Below are positions 53,817 to 64,000 of a DNA stretch of 64,000 bases, one piece after another. How positions within the stretch are numbered: the stretch's first letter is position 1; each line of letters opens with the position of its first letter. The position numbers and the translations under genes were made by a program. The notes below the pieces were generated by a model that saw nothing but the letters and a program-made list of their open reading frames with translations, did no database searches and was not told where the DNA came from. The stretch is from Eledone cirrhosa. Lineage: Eukaryota. The DNA lies in NCBI GenBank assembly GCA_964016885.1, contig OZ024745.1, forward strand, positions 126,914,001 to 126,978,000. Reading direction: 5' to 3'.

Positions 53817-54938
53817 CTTTAGAGCTAGAATTATTTTGGATGTTATGTTTTAAAATCTAAGCTACAAAACATCTCTATCTCTTATGAAAAGATCGTGTGA
53901 GTGGTAAGATGAATAAAAGCACACAATTAAGCTTCCAGTAGACAGAGTTAGCAATGATAGTTGCAGCCGTGTTAATTTACAATTGTCGTTAATGCCCAAA
54001 GAAATTGTATAAACATTGTAACTCAAAATTTGTTCCTCTCTTCTATAAATACAAAGTTTTGTCTCTATAAAATATCAATATCAAATACACTAACCAGACT
54101 TAACCAGATCATATTTTCAATGCCACATACATCAATAAAGTTTACTGCCAAAACACATGCACACACAAAATTATAAGAAATATTGAATGTTTATATATAT
54201 TGATTATTGGTAATACCTGATTCTAAAGAAAAGTGTTTTTTTCGATAATAGATTTAATCATTGTTAATTATTTAAGACAATTTATGAATAGATGTTACAG
54301 TCTAAATTATCACTGTTATATCAATGCTATGATATTGTGACATTTTGAAAACTAACTGATAAAACGTATTCTAAATGATAATATTAATAATAAGAAGAAT
54401 TATAATAATAATAACTTCTTGTTCTCATCTTCATATGACAATTATCATATATACTTGAATATAAGCCAAGGAATATGCAACCAAAATATTGATGGTAAAA
54501 TGGTGGGGGGGGGAGACTTATATACGCCATCTAAACGATGTGTTGATTAGCTGTCTCGGCTTATAAATGGGGTTTGGACTTTTGCCCATTTCTCAGACAT
54601 AAAATAAGAGGATTTGGCTTATATTCGAGTATATATGGTATGTATTTGGGAAATGTTTCTGTGATAATAAGTAATAAAGTATAACAGCTTATGCTACCAA
54701 TAAGAAGCCATTGGTTATAACTGTATATTCTAAATTCTAGAAGCCTTTATCCATTTCACAGAGAATTATTGCAAAATAAAAGATATAATGAGTGTACAAT
54801 CTGAATTTTATTTAATCTCATTAAATGTGACATTTGCAGTGTAATTTGTTACACATATACACACACACACACACACTCTCTTTCTCTCTGTAAGTCTATG
54901 TGTGTGTGTGTGTTCATGTGTGTGTGTTTATTTATTTG

Positions 54939-55056
54939 ATATAGAAATGACTTCTACAGGACTAGAACTGTTTCATTTGAATGAAATCATCAGGAATGTC
55001 CTGATGATTTCATAGGAATGAAACAGTTCTGGTCCTGTAAGGAGTCATTTCTATAT
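54939..55056. ncRNA. Fold-back element with head-to-head hammerhead-like cores (stem I truncated at the fold)
   Basis: + strand: CTGATGA(55001-55007) tttcataggaat GAAA cag ttctggtc ctg TA. - strand: ttc CTGATGA tttcattcaaat GAAA cag ttctagtc ctg TA gaa. Stem II is weak. Confidence 0.55.
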
Positions 55057-55119
55057 AAAAAAAAATATGCTTATTCTCTATTAACTTATTGAGTAACTTA
55101 TTTAACTGTGGTTATTTAC

Positions 55120-55803
55120 CGACGCCCTTCGCCGAGAAGCAATGGGCACAGAGCAACAAACCTACCTGAAGTTTCTGATCCAGCAGAGGGAAACTCCATC
55201 AGAAACACTCGGAATACTGCTGCAAGTGTACGGAGATGAGACAATGCCGTGCTCATGGGTTTTCAAGTGGCACAAAAGGTTCAAATATGACCCCAGGGGT
55301 GGAAGGCCTTCAATGAGTAGATCTGAGGCCAACATTTAGTGCATGAGGTAGATGGTGCGTGGTGCTCCACAACTGACTGTTTAACTGATTGCAAGTGAGC
55401 TGGGCATGAACCGCGACAGCATTTGGAAGATTATCACCGAAGATTTGGGCATGGGGAAGATCTGTGCAAAGATGGTGCTGAAGCTGCTGAACGATAGCCA
55501 GAATGAGTGACATATGCAGGTGTGTCAAGATATCCTTGAGCATCTTGAAACTGAGCCAGACATGATGGGAAGTGTCATCACTTGTGATGGGTCATGGATC
55601 GTCAAGTACAACCATGAGACCAAGTGGCAGAACCATCAAGAAGGCCATGATGACAGAGCTCAGGAGTGCATGGAGGCATGGTGGATAAGGATGGGAAAGT
55701 ATGTTAGACTCAAGGGGAATTATTTCGAAGAGGAAAACTTGTAGTTTGTATTTGAAATATTCTTTTGCGACCCCAGTCCTATTTCTTTTTTGACACACCT
55801 TAT
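55120..55803 (+). pseudogene. Decayed, internally deleted mariner transposase
   Basis: EQQTYLKF...QVYGDETM..SWVFKWHKRFK..DPRGGRPS (HTH and GRP linker) and VITCDGSWI..YNHETKWQ (first D and YDPETK-like). Contains stops; right TIR ttttttgacacacct-TA. Confidence 0.8.
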
Positions 55804-56616
55804 ACACTCCGTAAAATGGTTGATATTCAAATCAAATAGAAGAGAGAGGACTCTTTAGCCTTGTCAAGAAAATGACAACCTATTTAGTTTTGGTGACACA
55901 ACAAAAAGCATCCAGTCCAGCCTGTCAGATGGAAGTGTCGGTCTCACATTAAAAAGCTCCCAGTCTACCTTGTAAGGTGGTTGTGTTGGTGCCACAACAA
56001 AAAGTACTAAGTCCACCTTGTAAGCTAGTAGTGCTGGTATCACAAAAAAAGTTCCAAGTCTACACTGTAAGCTGGTAGTGCTGGTGTCACAACAAAAGCT
56101 CCCAGTCTACACTATAAGGTGGTAGTGCAGGTGCCACGACAAAAAGCACTTAGTCCACTTTGTAAGGTAGCAGTGCATGTGAGACAACAATAAGTACCCA
56201 GTCCTCATTGTAAGGTGGTAATGTTGGTGACACAACAAAAAGCACCCAGTCCAGCCTGTCAGGTGGTAGTGCTCATGCCATGATAAAAACTTCCCAGTTC
56301 ACCCTGTCAAGTGGTAATGTTGGTGACACAACAAAAAGCACCCAGTCCAGCCTGTCAGGTGGTAGTGCTCATGCCATGATAAAAACTTCCCAGTTCACCC
56401 TGTCAAGTGGTAATGTTGGTGACACAACAAAAAGCACCCAGTCCACCATGTCAGGTAGTAGTGTTGGTATCACAACAAAAAGTACCAGGTCCAGCTTATA
56501 AAGTGGTTGGCATTAAGATGGGTACCCAGTCAGTAGAAACCGAGCCAAAAACAGAACATCGAAGCAGAATATGATCACCTCGCCTCTCTTACCTATCCAG
56601 GCATGAAAAATAGATG

Positions 56617-56841
56617 TTAACCTTTTAGCATTTAAACCTGCCATATCTGGTCAGGATTCTTTCACCTCTTTCTGTTCAAACCAACCATAACCAGCCACTT
56701 ATACTGATGTTAAGGTATTGTTCTCAAAATAATTAATATCAAAATCTCATGGATTCAATATTGAGATAATTATGTGAGATAAAGCCTTTACTGTGAAAAT
56801 ACAATAGTATATATAGAGTAATATAAATGCTAAAGGGTTAA
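56617..56841. mobile_element. piggyBac-type MITE just downstream of the TP53RK stop
   Basis: TTAA ccttttagcattt...aaatgctaaaggg TTAA. Confidence 0.8.
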
Positions 56842-56987
56842 ATAATGGTAATTTCTATCATCTTTTACATAGGTAATGAATAGACCCTAAAGTAAATCCT
56901 TGTCAGGTGAAAAAATATATAAAGAAAAATAAAACAACAATAAAAGAATAAGGAAAAAATACAATTTAAAAGAAAACAGTTTTTTAT

Positions 56988-57478
56988 TCAGCCAACCATT
57001 GTTCTCTTTCTCCCTCTTAATCGAACTTCTTCCAGTTTTTGTAACACATCTTTATGACCAACCTCGTTACCCTTTTTATAACCATTAATTATACCAACAA
57101 ACAACTGCTCAGTGTTCGGGTGAGTACTTAACAATGCTCGTTCAAGTACATACAAGTCTACTCCTTTATCTTCAGCATTATTCTCAAAATGGCTCAAACC
57201 AAAATCAATGAATACAAGATCGAAACTGGCTGGATCACCTCGTACCAATACATTAGAAGTAGTTAAGTCACCATGAATGAGGTTATTCAGATGCATCTTA
57301 CCAATCATTTCACCCATCTTCAGTACCAGTGGACTCAGTTCATCCACACTCTCCATAACATCCTTCTGGTTCTGGCAATTTTTTATGTGGTCTTTCACTG
57401 TCACAGAGTTGGTAACGTTCTCCATATAAATGCAACCATTTTCTAAGTTTGTGAAGAACACGGCTGGAGCAGGAATTC
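56988..57478 (-). CDS. TP53RK: TP53RK exon 2 (kinase C-lobe to stop)
   Basis: ttttcag|GA ATT CCT; GIPAPAVFF...IHGDLTTSN...IDFGLS...EDKGVDLYVLERA...VRLRGRKRTMVG*, the diagnostic Bud32/PRPK C-terminus. Spliced protein is 229 aa. Confidence 0.96.
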
Positions 57479-58329
57479 CTGAAAACAAGAAATAATGATG
57501 GTATTATTATTATTTTTATTATCATTATTATTAAGGGCAGGGAATTGGCAGTATCAGTAGTGTCAGATGCCATGCTTTGTAAACACATAGTTACTGCTCT
57601 TTACGTTCTAAGTTCAAATCCTGCTGAGGTTAGCTTTGCCTTTCATCCTTACAGGGTTGATAAAATAAAGTACCAGTAATGTACTGGAGTTGATTTAATC
57701 AACTTTCCCCTCCCCTTTATATTGCTGGCCTTGTGCCTAAAGTAAAAACAATTATTATTGGAGGTGGTAATGGTAAAACAGAAACACTACTATAGTAGTC
57801 AGAAACATTAAATCCCTCCCCAACAGTTGAGTAAGAAACCCATCCAGTGGGTTTTGTTGTTGTTTAGCTCCAGGTAAGCCTTGATCAAAGGTATTTTAGT
57901 TGTGATCATCCCATTTGGTTTATCTTTTTTTGTTATTCCTGACAAAGTGTATTTAGGATCACATTATCCAATTATACTATCGGAGAAATGGCATTGTTTG
58001 ATATGCTGAAATATATATATATAGAGATTTGCTCAGTTCTTTTCTTTGGGGACTTTTGAATGAATTTAGCAAAAGATACTTAAACCATGAAAGAAGAGGT
58101 TTATTTGAGAAAAAATAGGCATGAATAAGCTTGAGACTCTTCTTGATACATCATTTCAATGAATCTGCCATTTGCCTCGATGATTGTTTAAATATGAGGT
58201 CTGAAATGTTGATATGCCCAAATCAGATGATCTTTATCTATTTTGAACATTGCGCTAGTTATGTTGACTTAACAGGTTTTGTATTCATTGATTTTGGTTT
58301 TATAGTATTAGGTTGATTGACTTTTCTCT

Positions 58330-59000
58330 CGACTATGCCCCATACCTAATTGCCCAATAGATTCAGGTCTAGAGAGCTTGGAGACCATATTTTGGGGGTG
58401 ACATGATCATGGAGTTTGTAACTCATCCATTCTTGGATTGTCTTAGCCTTATGAGATGACACAGAGTCTTGTTGGTAGAGTCGTCCTTCACTCATGCTTG
58501 CAATCCAAGGCCTCACAACCCTCTGCAAGACCTCCTTATAGTCAGCAGCATTCACCTTTAAGCCTTGAGGAAAGAAGTGAGGAAGCATGATATCTCCCTC
58601 GTTGCTCACAACTTGCAGACCTATCACAGTTTCTGGAAACTTTGTGTGCATGACCGTTGGAACGTCTTTAGGGTCTCTGCATAAACAGCTGTCATTCCTT
58701 CAGTTGACCTTTTGGTCCTGATCAAAGTTTTTCTCATCAGAGAAAAACCAAAGCCTTCTAGGCTCTTGATGTTTCAACTTGCTCAGCAAGCACTTTGTGT
58801 GGATCAGACAGTTCTCTTTTCTCTTTGCAGACATGAATTAGCCTCTCTGCAATACATATGATTTGTATCAAAGGTCCTCATGCACAATTCTTATGATAGT
58901 GTGCCTTGAAATCATGAGCTCTGGCAATGGCACTAATTGACATTCTGGGGTTCTTATCGATAATCTTTTGCACCTTTCGTACCAATTTGGGTGTTCTGAT
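58330..59000 (-). pseudogene. Decayed DD37D (maT-type) Tc1/mariner transposase inside the TP53RK intron
   Basis: LWFFSDEKNFDQDQKVN* followed by ...YQQDSVSSHKAK...WSPSSLDLNLLG. There are 37 residues between the second D and the third-D position, which is now G. Confidence 0.75.
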
Positions 59001-59769
59001 GGTATTAGGACCCTTAGCAGGAATTCTGTTTGCCTACTGCTGTAGAATCCCGATGTACTGCTTTTCTCAGCCAGCACCTGACTACTCTGAATTGGACACT
59101 GAGATAAAGAAATGTCTCTAAATATCTATATTAAACATTTCAGCCCATTTGAATATAATAGTATTGGGTACCATCAAATAAAAGTATGTGTTATTTTCAT
59201 GGGGAATTGATCTGTTGCAAACTCCAACAAAGAACATTCAAGTCAGCATAAAACTTCAATTTTTAAGTCCTTTTAACAGAATTTTTGCTCGAAAGTCCAC
59301 CATAGCCAGAGGATTCCAGAAAGTATTAACTCTATAGTGTGAAATGCTATGAAATTTTTTTTATTTGGGTTTTCTGAAGACTTTCTTAGAGCAAAAATGG
59401 AATAATTTCATTACAATGAACTATTACATTTCTAAAAGTTGCCTGATTTTTGTTAGATTTGTTTAGAAAACTACACCTAGCTGGGTAAAATTCAATAAAT
59501 TATCTTTCAGAAAAATGCCAGTTTAATCTCTAGTTTACTGGCCTTGATATTTTATGGTCTATTTATTTTGGAGGATTTTTCAAGATATTTTGTGGATTTT
59601 TGTTCACTAATTTTTGATGCAAAAGAACTGCAAAATGACTAACTTTAAACTACAATAAAATTCTATAGACACAAACTTTTTAGCTGCGATTTTTTTGCTT
59701 CTTCTCCCTAAAGGTCTTATTCAACAGAAAATTTGCAACAATGACATTAATAATATATTCCCACTGTGG

Positions 59770-60800
59770 CTCAGTGTCCATCAGGGCTTAGTTTTTAGCC
59801 CTACCCTGTTTATCATCGTCCTGCAGGCTATAATAGAAAAGTTTAAGACTGGTTGTCCATGGAAACTTTTGTATGCGAATGACCTAACCTTTATAGCTGA
59901 ATCTATGGCAGACTTAGAGAAGACATTCCAAACCTGGAGGCATGGCCTAGAATCAAAAGGTCTTAAAGTTAACATGTTAAAAACTAAAGGCTTAGTACAT
60001 AGAAAGGAAACAGGGTCCAGATTAACCTCAGGGAAAATGGCCTTGCTCAGTGTGTAAATGAGTAGATAGAAATTCCATCCAATATACCAAATACAAAGTA
60101 TGGGTACACAAGAGATCTAAGTGGGATCTCAAGCAGCCTAGTAAAGAACGTAGGTTTTATATGTAGCCGATGCACAGGTGCAGTAAGTTGTGAGAGCTCA
60201 CAGGATACTAGCTCCTTCAAATGGCCCAAGGGCTCTGTCGACACAGTAGATAGTTTCTGTTACCTGGGTGACTAAGCTAGCAGTGGAGGAGCATGTTCCA
60301 AAAGCACAGAAGCCAGAGTGAAAATGGGATGGAGAAAGTTGAAGGAGATACTACTGCTGCTAACTACAAAAGGTATTTTCCTCAAAATGAAGGGCAGATT
60401 GTATAATGCATGAATACAAACAGCAATGTTGCATGTTAGCAAGACTTGGACAGTGTGTGCAGAGGACCTTGGAAGATTGGAAAGAAATGAAGTTCCATGC
60501 TCCGCTGTATGTGCAATAGTAATAATACATGAATGTAAAAGCATAAATGAACTGAAAGAGAAACTGAACATAATAGAGACCATATAGAGTGTGCAGAAAA
60601 GATTGCACTGGTATGGTGATGTGATGTGTATGAAAGATGACAGCTGTATAAAAATGTGCATAGTGCTCAAAGTTGATGGAAGCTATGGAGTAGAAGACCT
60701 TAGGAAGACTTGAGATGAGGTGATAAAAGCTAACCTTGCACAACTGCACCTCTCAAAAGAAATGACACAGGACCGAGATGTCGGGCATTATGCAGTAATG
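59770..60800 (+). pseudogene. 5'-truncated RTE-clade LINE reverse-transcriptase fragment inside the TP53RK intron
   Basis: VHQGLVFSPTLFIIVLQAI...CPWKLLYANDL (YADD-like); downstream FCYLGD, RLHWYGDV and a GRPRKT-like RTE C-terminus; frameshifted. Confidence 0.8.
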
Positions 60801-61159
60801 CCTTCCTATGTGCACGGGTTGAAGCATACATCTAGTATGCACCACCTTCCCGTCCATCCCACTTCCATACACTTCCCACATCATAACACCCCCCCTCACC
60901 CAGCTCTACCCCCCCCCCCCCCCCCCGTAAAGTGGTCGTTTTGCTACCACGACAAAATGTATCCTCAATGTATCAATACAACCCGCAACTGTTAGACGTC
61001 TCGGTCGGGTTTTTACCTTCCTTTATATATGAAGTAAGTAGGGAGAAGATAGTAGAATTTTATTTATATATACATATATATATTTCTAGTAACTCTTCTC
61101 TACTTACTTCATCGGCCTACCTAAAATAATTTTTTTTAAAATATGAAAGAGAAACTTGC

Positions 61160-61358
61160 CGTTCATACGACATCGAAGCATAGCTCGCACTTCTGATTTT
61201 AATCGTTGTTGAGTTAAACTTTTATCAAGTGAAGGATGTCTATACGACTTTGTGAAACGTTCTTTTATAATACAAGGCCGATCATAAAATGTAGTTTCAT
61301 ATATTTTAGCCTCGGCGCCTTGTTTCACTAAGGTTCCCAGTTCTTCGGTCGGTGCCAT
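61160..61358 (-). CDS. TP53RK: TP53-regulating kinase (PRPK/Bud32, KEOPS complex), exon 1
   Basis: ATG at 61358; MAPTEELGTLVKQGAEAKIY...IIKERFTKSYRHPSLD...EVRAMLRCRMN+G with the family KQGAEA and KERF motifs. 199 nt, ends at a phase-1 GC donor G|GCAAGT. Confidence 0.93.
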
Positions 61359-62080
61359 GCTTTGAAAGTGAAAAAACTGTTTACAAGCGGTGAAAGATGA
61401 AAATGTGTGGCTTATAAATGTTGTATTCGACGGTGATTAATCAATCAAGTTCCAGTAACTGGTGCAGTCAGTCGTTGCTATGCCACTTTAAACGTTTGAC
61501 TGTGCGTCAATCATGGCATTTCAATGAGCCTTGTCTGTGGCCAGTCCCTCGCAACATCTAGCCTACCCGCAGAAGTTATAAGGGTGTGGCTGAAAAAAAA
61601 ATGACCCGGAATCAGTTATCTCCCTTATAAAGTCTTTGCATTAATTTCGAAAATAATTAACAATTATTAGAGAGGTTGCCCAGTACTCGCGACTTTGCTG
61701 TCTTTTGCTCTGGTGGTGGCTCGGTTGTTCACCCCTTCCTTTACATTTTTTTTTAATATTGTAACATTAAAAGAATATATCTTTCTGAAAGAATCGCGAG
61801 CTATTTATAATGTTGTCGAAGCATTTGTAATGTTATTTATGTATTTATTTAAAACATATTTGTTACGTTATTCTACTGTAAATTTATTTATATGCTCTGT
61901 TTATAATAGTTACAAGTTGAGTTTCTAAAATTATACATATATTGTCAATAAAATAATGTATATATATTGATTAACAATTTTGGGGGACATTTAGTAATAT
62001 AACTAATGTTTTTTATTATTAAGTTAATGTTTGGAACATAACTTAAGGAAGGTTCTGACATAAAATGGTTGATATATGCA

Positions 62081-62546
62081 TGTAACGTAGCGCCCTCTTA
62101 CGGCTGTGACTCAGCACGTATGGGAGTTGCGTCCCTTTACGACGGTCGTAACTCAGCACGAATAGGAGTTATGTCACTTTGGCGACAGGCGCGACCACCA
62201 CAGGCAGATTCTAGGGGCTGCTAAGCTACCAGCCTCTCTAGCATCCCAAACTCCGAAGTGGCAACAACACCTGAGACCTTGTTATGAGATGACTCCTGTC
62301 TCATTTCATTCGCCATCAAGAAGAAGAATTCCTGCCTCATTTCCTTCGCCACTCAAGAAGAATGTCACCGGCAGCCTAAGAAAATGCTTTCACCTCCAAG
62401 AGAAGATTTCTGTTCTTCTCTACACACTCCAGCCTAGGAGTTGTGACCAACGGGTAACCATTTATTTATATTAATTCATTTGACTTCTGTGAAGTAAAAC
62501 CTTGTAACAACACACACCGGCATTTATTGTCATTTCTGATAATACA
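62081..62546 (+). mobile_element. Possible solo LTR
   Basis: TGTA...TACA termini, about 466 bp, internal short direct repeats, AGTAAA near the 3' end; no clear TSD. Confidence 0.35.
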
Positions 62547-62639
62547 TATATGTACACCGATACTAATCTCCTAAAGGCATATCAACCTTGTATGTTTGTT
62601 TTTTCTACCTAAGATGATATAATTAGCAATATTGTCTTA

Positions 62640-63440
62640 GTCTTAGACTTAGGTTCTTCCGTGTCGTTCGGCGCATCGAGCAGTAAGTAGTCGTCAATAG
62701 TCACGATCAGCGGCGGCTTTTTCGCGTCCGTGCCAAGTGATGTTGGCTGCCAGCAGGTCCTTTCGGAACGTTCGTCGTCAGGTTATCCTGAGGAAACCCC
62801 GCCTCCGTTTGCCGCTAGGTAGAGTCCAGTTCAACGCTGTTTTCGAGTGTCGTTCGTCGGGCAGGAGCAGAATATGGCCAGCCAGGCGGCACCGGCGCCC
62901 CGTGACCATCCTCTATAGCATCCACGACTCAGCTCTCCACAAGATGTTTTCGTTTCGCGCCAGGACACACGAAGGATCATTCGCAGGCACCGCTGGTTGA
63001 AAGTGTTCAGCCGTCTCTCTATCTTTGCTGTGCTTTTCCAGTTTTCTCTCGCGTAAAGCACTGTCAGCTACACGATGCTGTTGTACAGGCGCAGCTTAAT
63101 CCTGGTGCAGATGCATGAAGACGACCAGATTGGGCGCATCCGCTGGAAAACTGTGGCTCCTTTGCCGAATTGACAGTTGATGTCGAGCTCCGCGTCGCCA
63201 TTGCTTGCTAGAATGCTGCCCAGATAGGTGAAGTGATTGAATTCCTCTGGGTCTTGTTGGTTGACTCTGATCGCTGGACTTGTGATGTTGGCTGTTTTCA
63301 TCACCTTGATCTTTTTGGTGTTGATTCTCGGGCCGATCTTTTCCACACTCTCTTGCAGGGATGTTGTTAGAACCTGCAGATCTGCACTGTCTTCAGCGAT
63401 CAAAGCGATGTCGTCTGCGAATGCCGGGTCCCTCAGCAAT
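62640..63440 (-). pseudogene. 5'-truncated non-LTR retrotransposon (RTE-like) 3' fragment
   Basis: FADDIALIAED...FTYLGSI...KLRLYNSIV*...RLNTFNQRCLRMILRVSW; GC/CpG-rich relative to the flanks; ends in a ctaag-repeat tail. Confidence 0.8.
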
Positions 63441-64000
63441 ATTGTGTAATGCTTTATATTTTATTGGAAGTCTTTCCTACAATCACCACATTTTAAAAAT
63501 ACATTGTATATCTAGTTTATAATAGACACACTGTATCCATGTATGCCTTAATAAGTGACTAAAAGGGTTGGTATCAGGAGGGGCATTCAGCTGTAAAACA
63601 TTGCCTGAAAAGGTTCCATCTAGCCCATGCCAGAATTGAAAAGTTCACGTAAAAAAGATGATGACGATTGTGATAAACACTTTAAAACAAACAGTCAATT
63701 TTTATTTGACTAACCAATTATACTACAATAGTATGGTTTTAACTGCTACAGTTTCCTTGCTGTTTGTCTATTGAAAGTTGGTTTGATTTCCTCTGATGAT
63801 ACTTTTTTCTTCTATTTATTCTACTTATGAAAATGTGTTCTCTTTACAAAATGTTTATCCGATCGTTTGTGACTATGTTATATATGGTGTACTACATTTA
63901 AGGTGCATTATGCCAGCTGTCTCCTCTTAATGTCGAGGTACAGCATTGTTCATTGTTATGGTGGTATATAAATTATACTCCAGTAATTTAATGCAAGATC

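Noticed and set aside
61474-61486. GTTGCTATGCCAC as an RFX X-box or divergent promoter upstream of TP53RK
   Set aside because: Only a half-site match, and no divergent exon can be identified in the remaining window.

Overview
AT-rich, intron-rich, microsatellite- and transposon-dense animal genomic DNA. The repeat landscape suggests an octopus or other coleoid cephalopod; this is an inference, not a database result. Two protein-coding genes can be reconstructed by hand. (1) The 3' part of a diacylglycerol lipase alpha (DAGLA) gene on +, with 7 phase-consistent exons from 1686 to 30645 and the Ser/Asp/His catalytic triad intact. (2) A complete two-exon TP53RK/PRPK/Bud32 kinase gene on - (61358-56988), whose single intron needs a non-canonical GC donor. 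The rest is SINEs, TTAA-flanked and hAT MITEs, non-autonomous Helitrons, decayed mariner, DD37D and RTE fragments, and several minisatellite arrays. The most striking unexplained structure is a set of about 10 short (100-400 bp), sequence-diverse fold-back elements, mostly in or beside (TA)n tracts and clustered at 38.4-44.2 kb. Each is a long inverted repeat plus a one-sided tail with a shared TYGAGYRCT-like motif. Several carry type I hammerhead-ribozyme cores (CUGANGA...GAAA-palindrome-UH), intact at 41445-41505(+), 44045-44106(+) and 43890-43951(-). They look like a non-autonomous, (TA)n-targeted, ribozyme-bearing family derived from Penelope-like elements.
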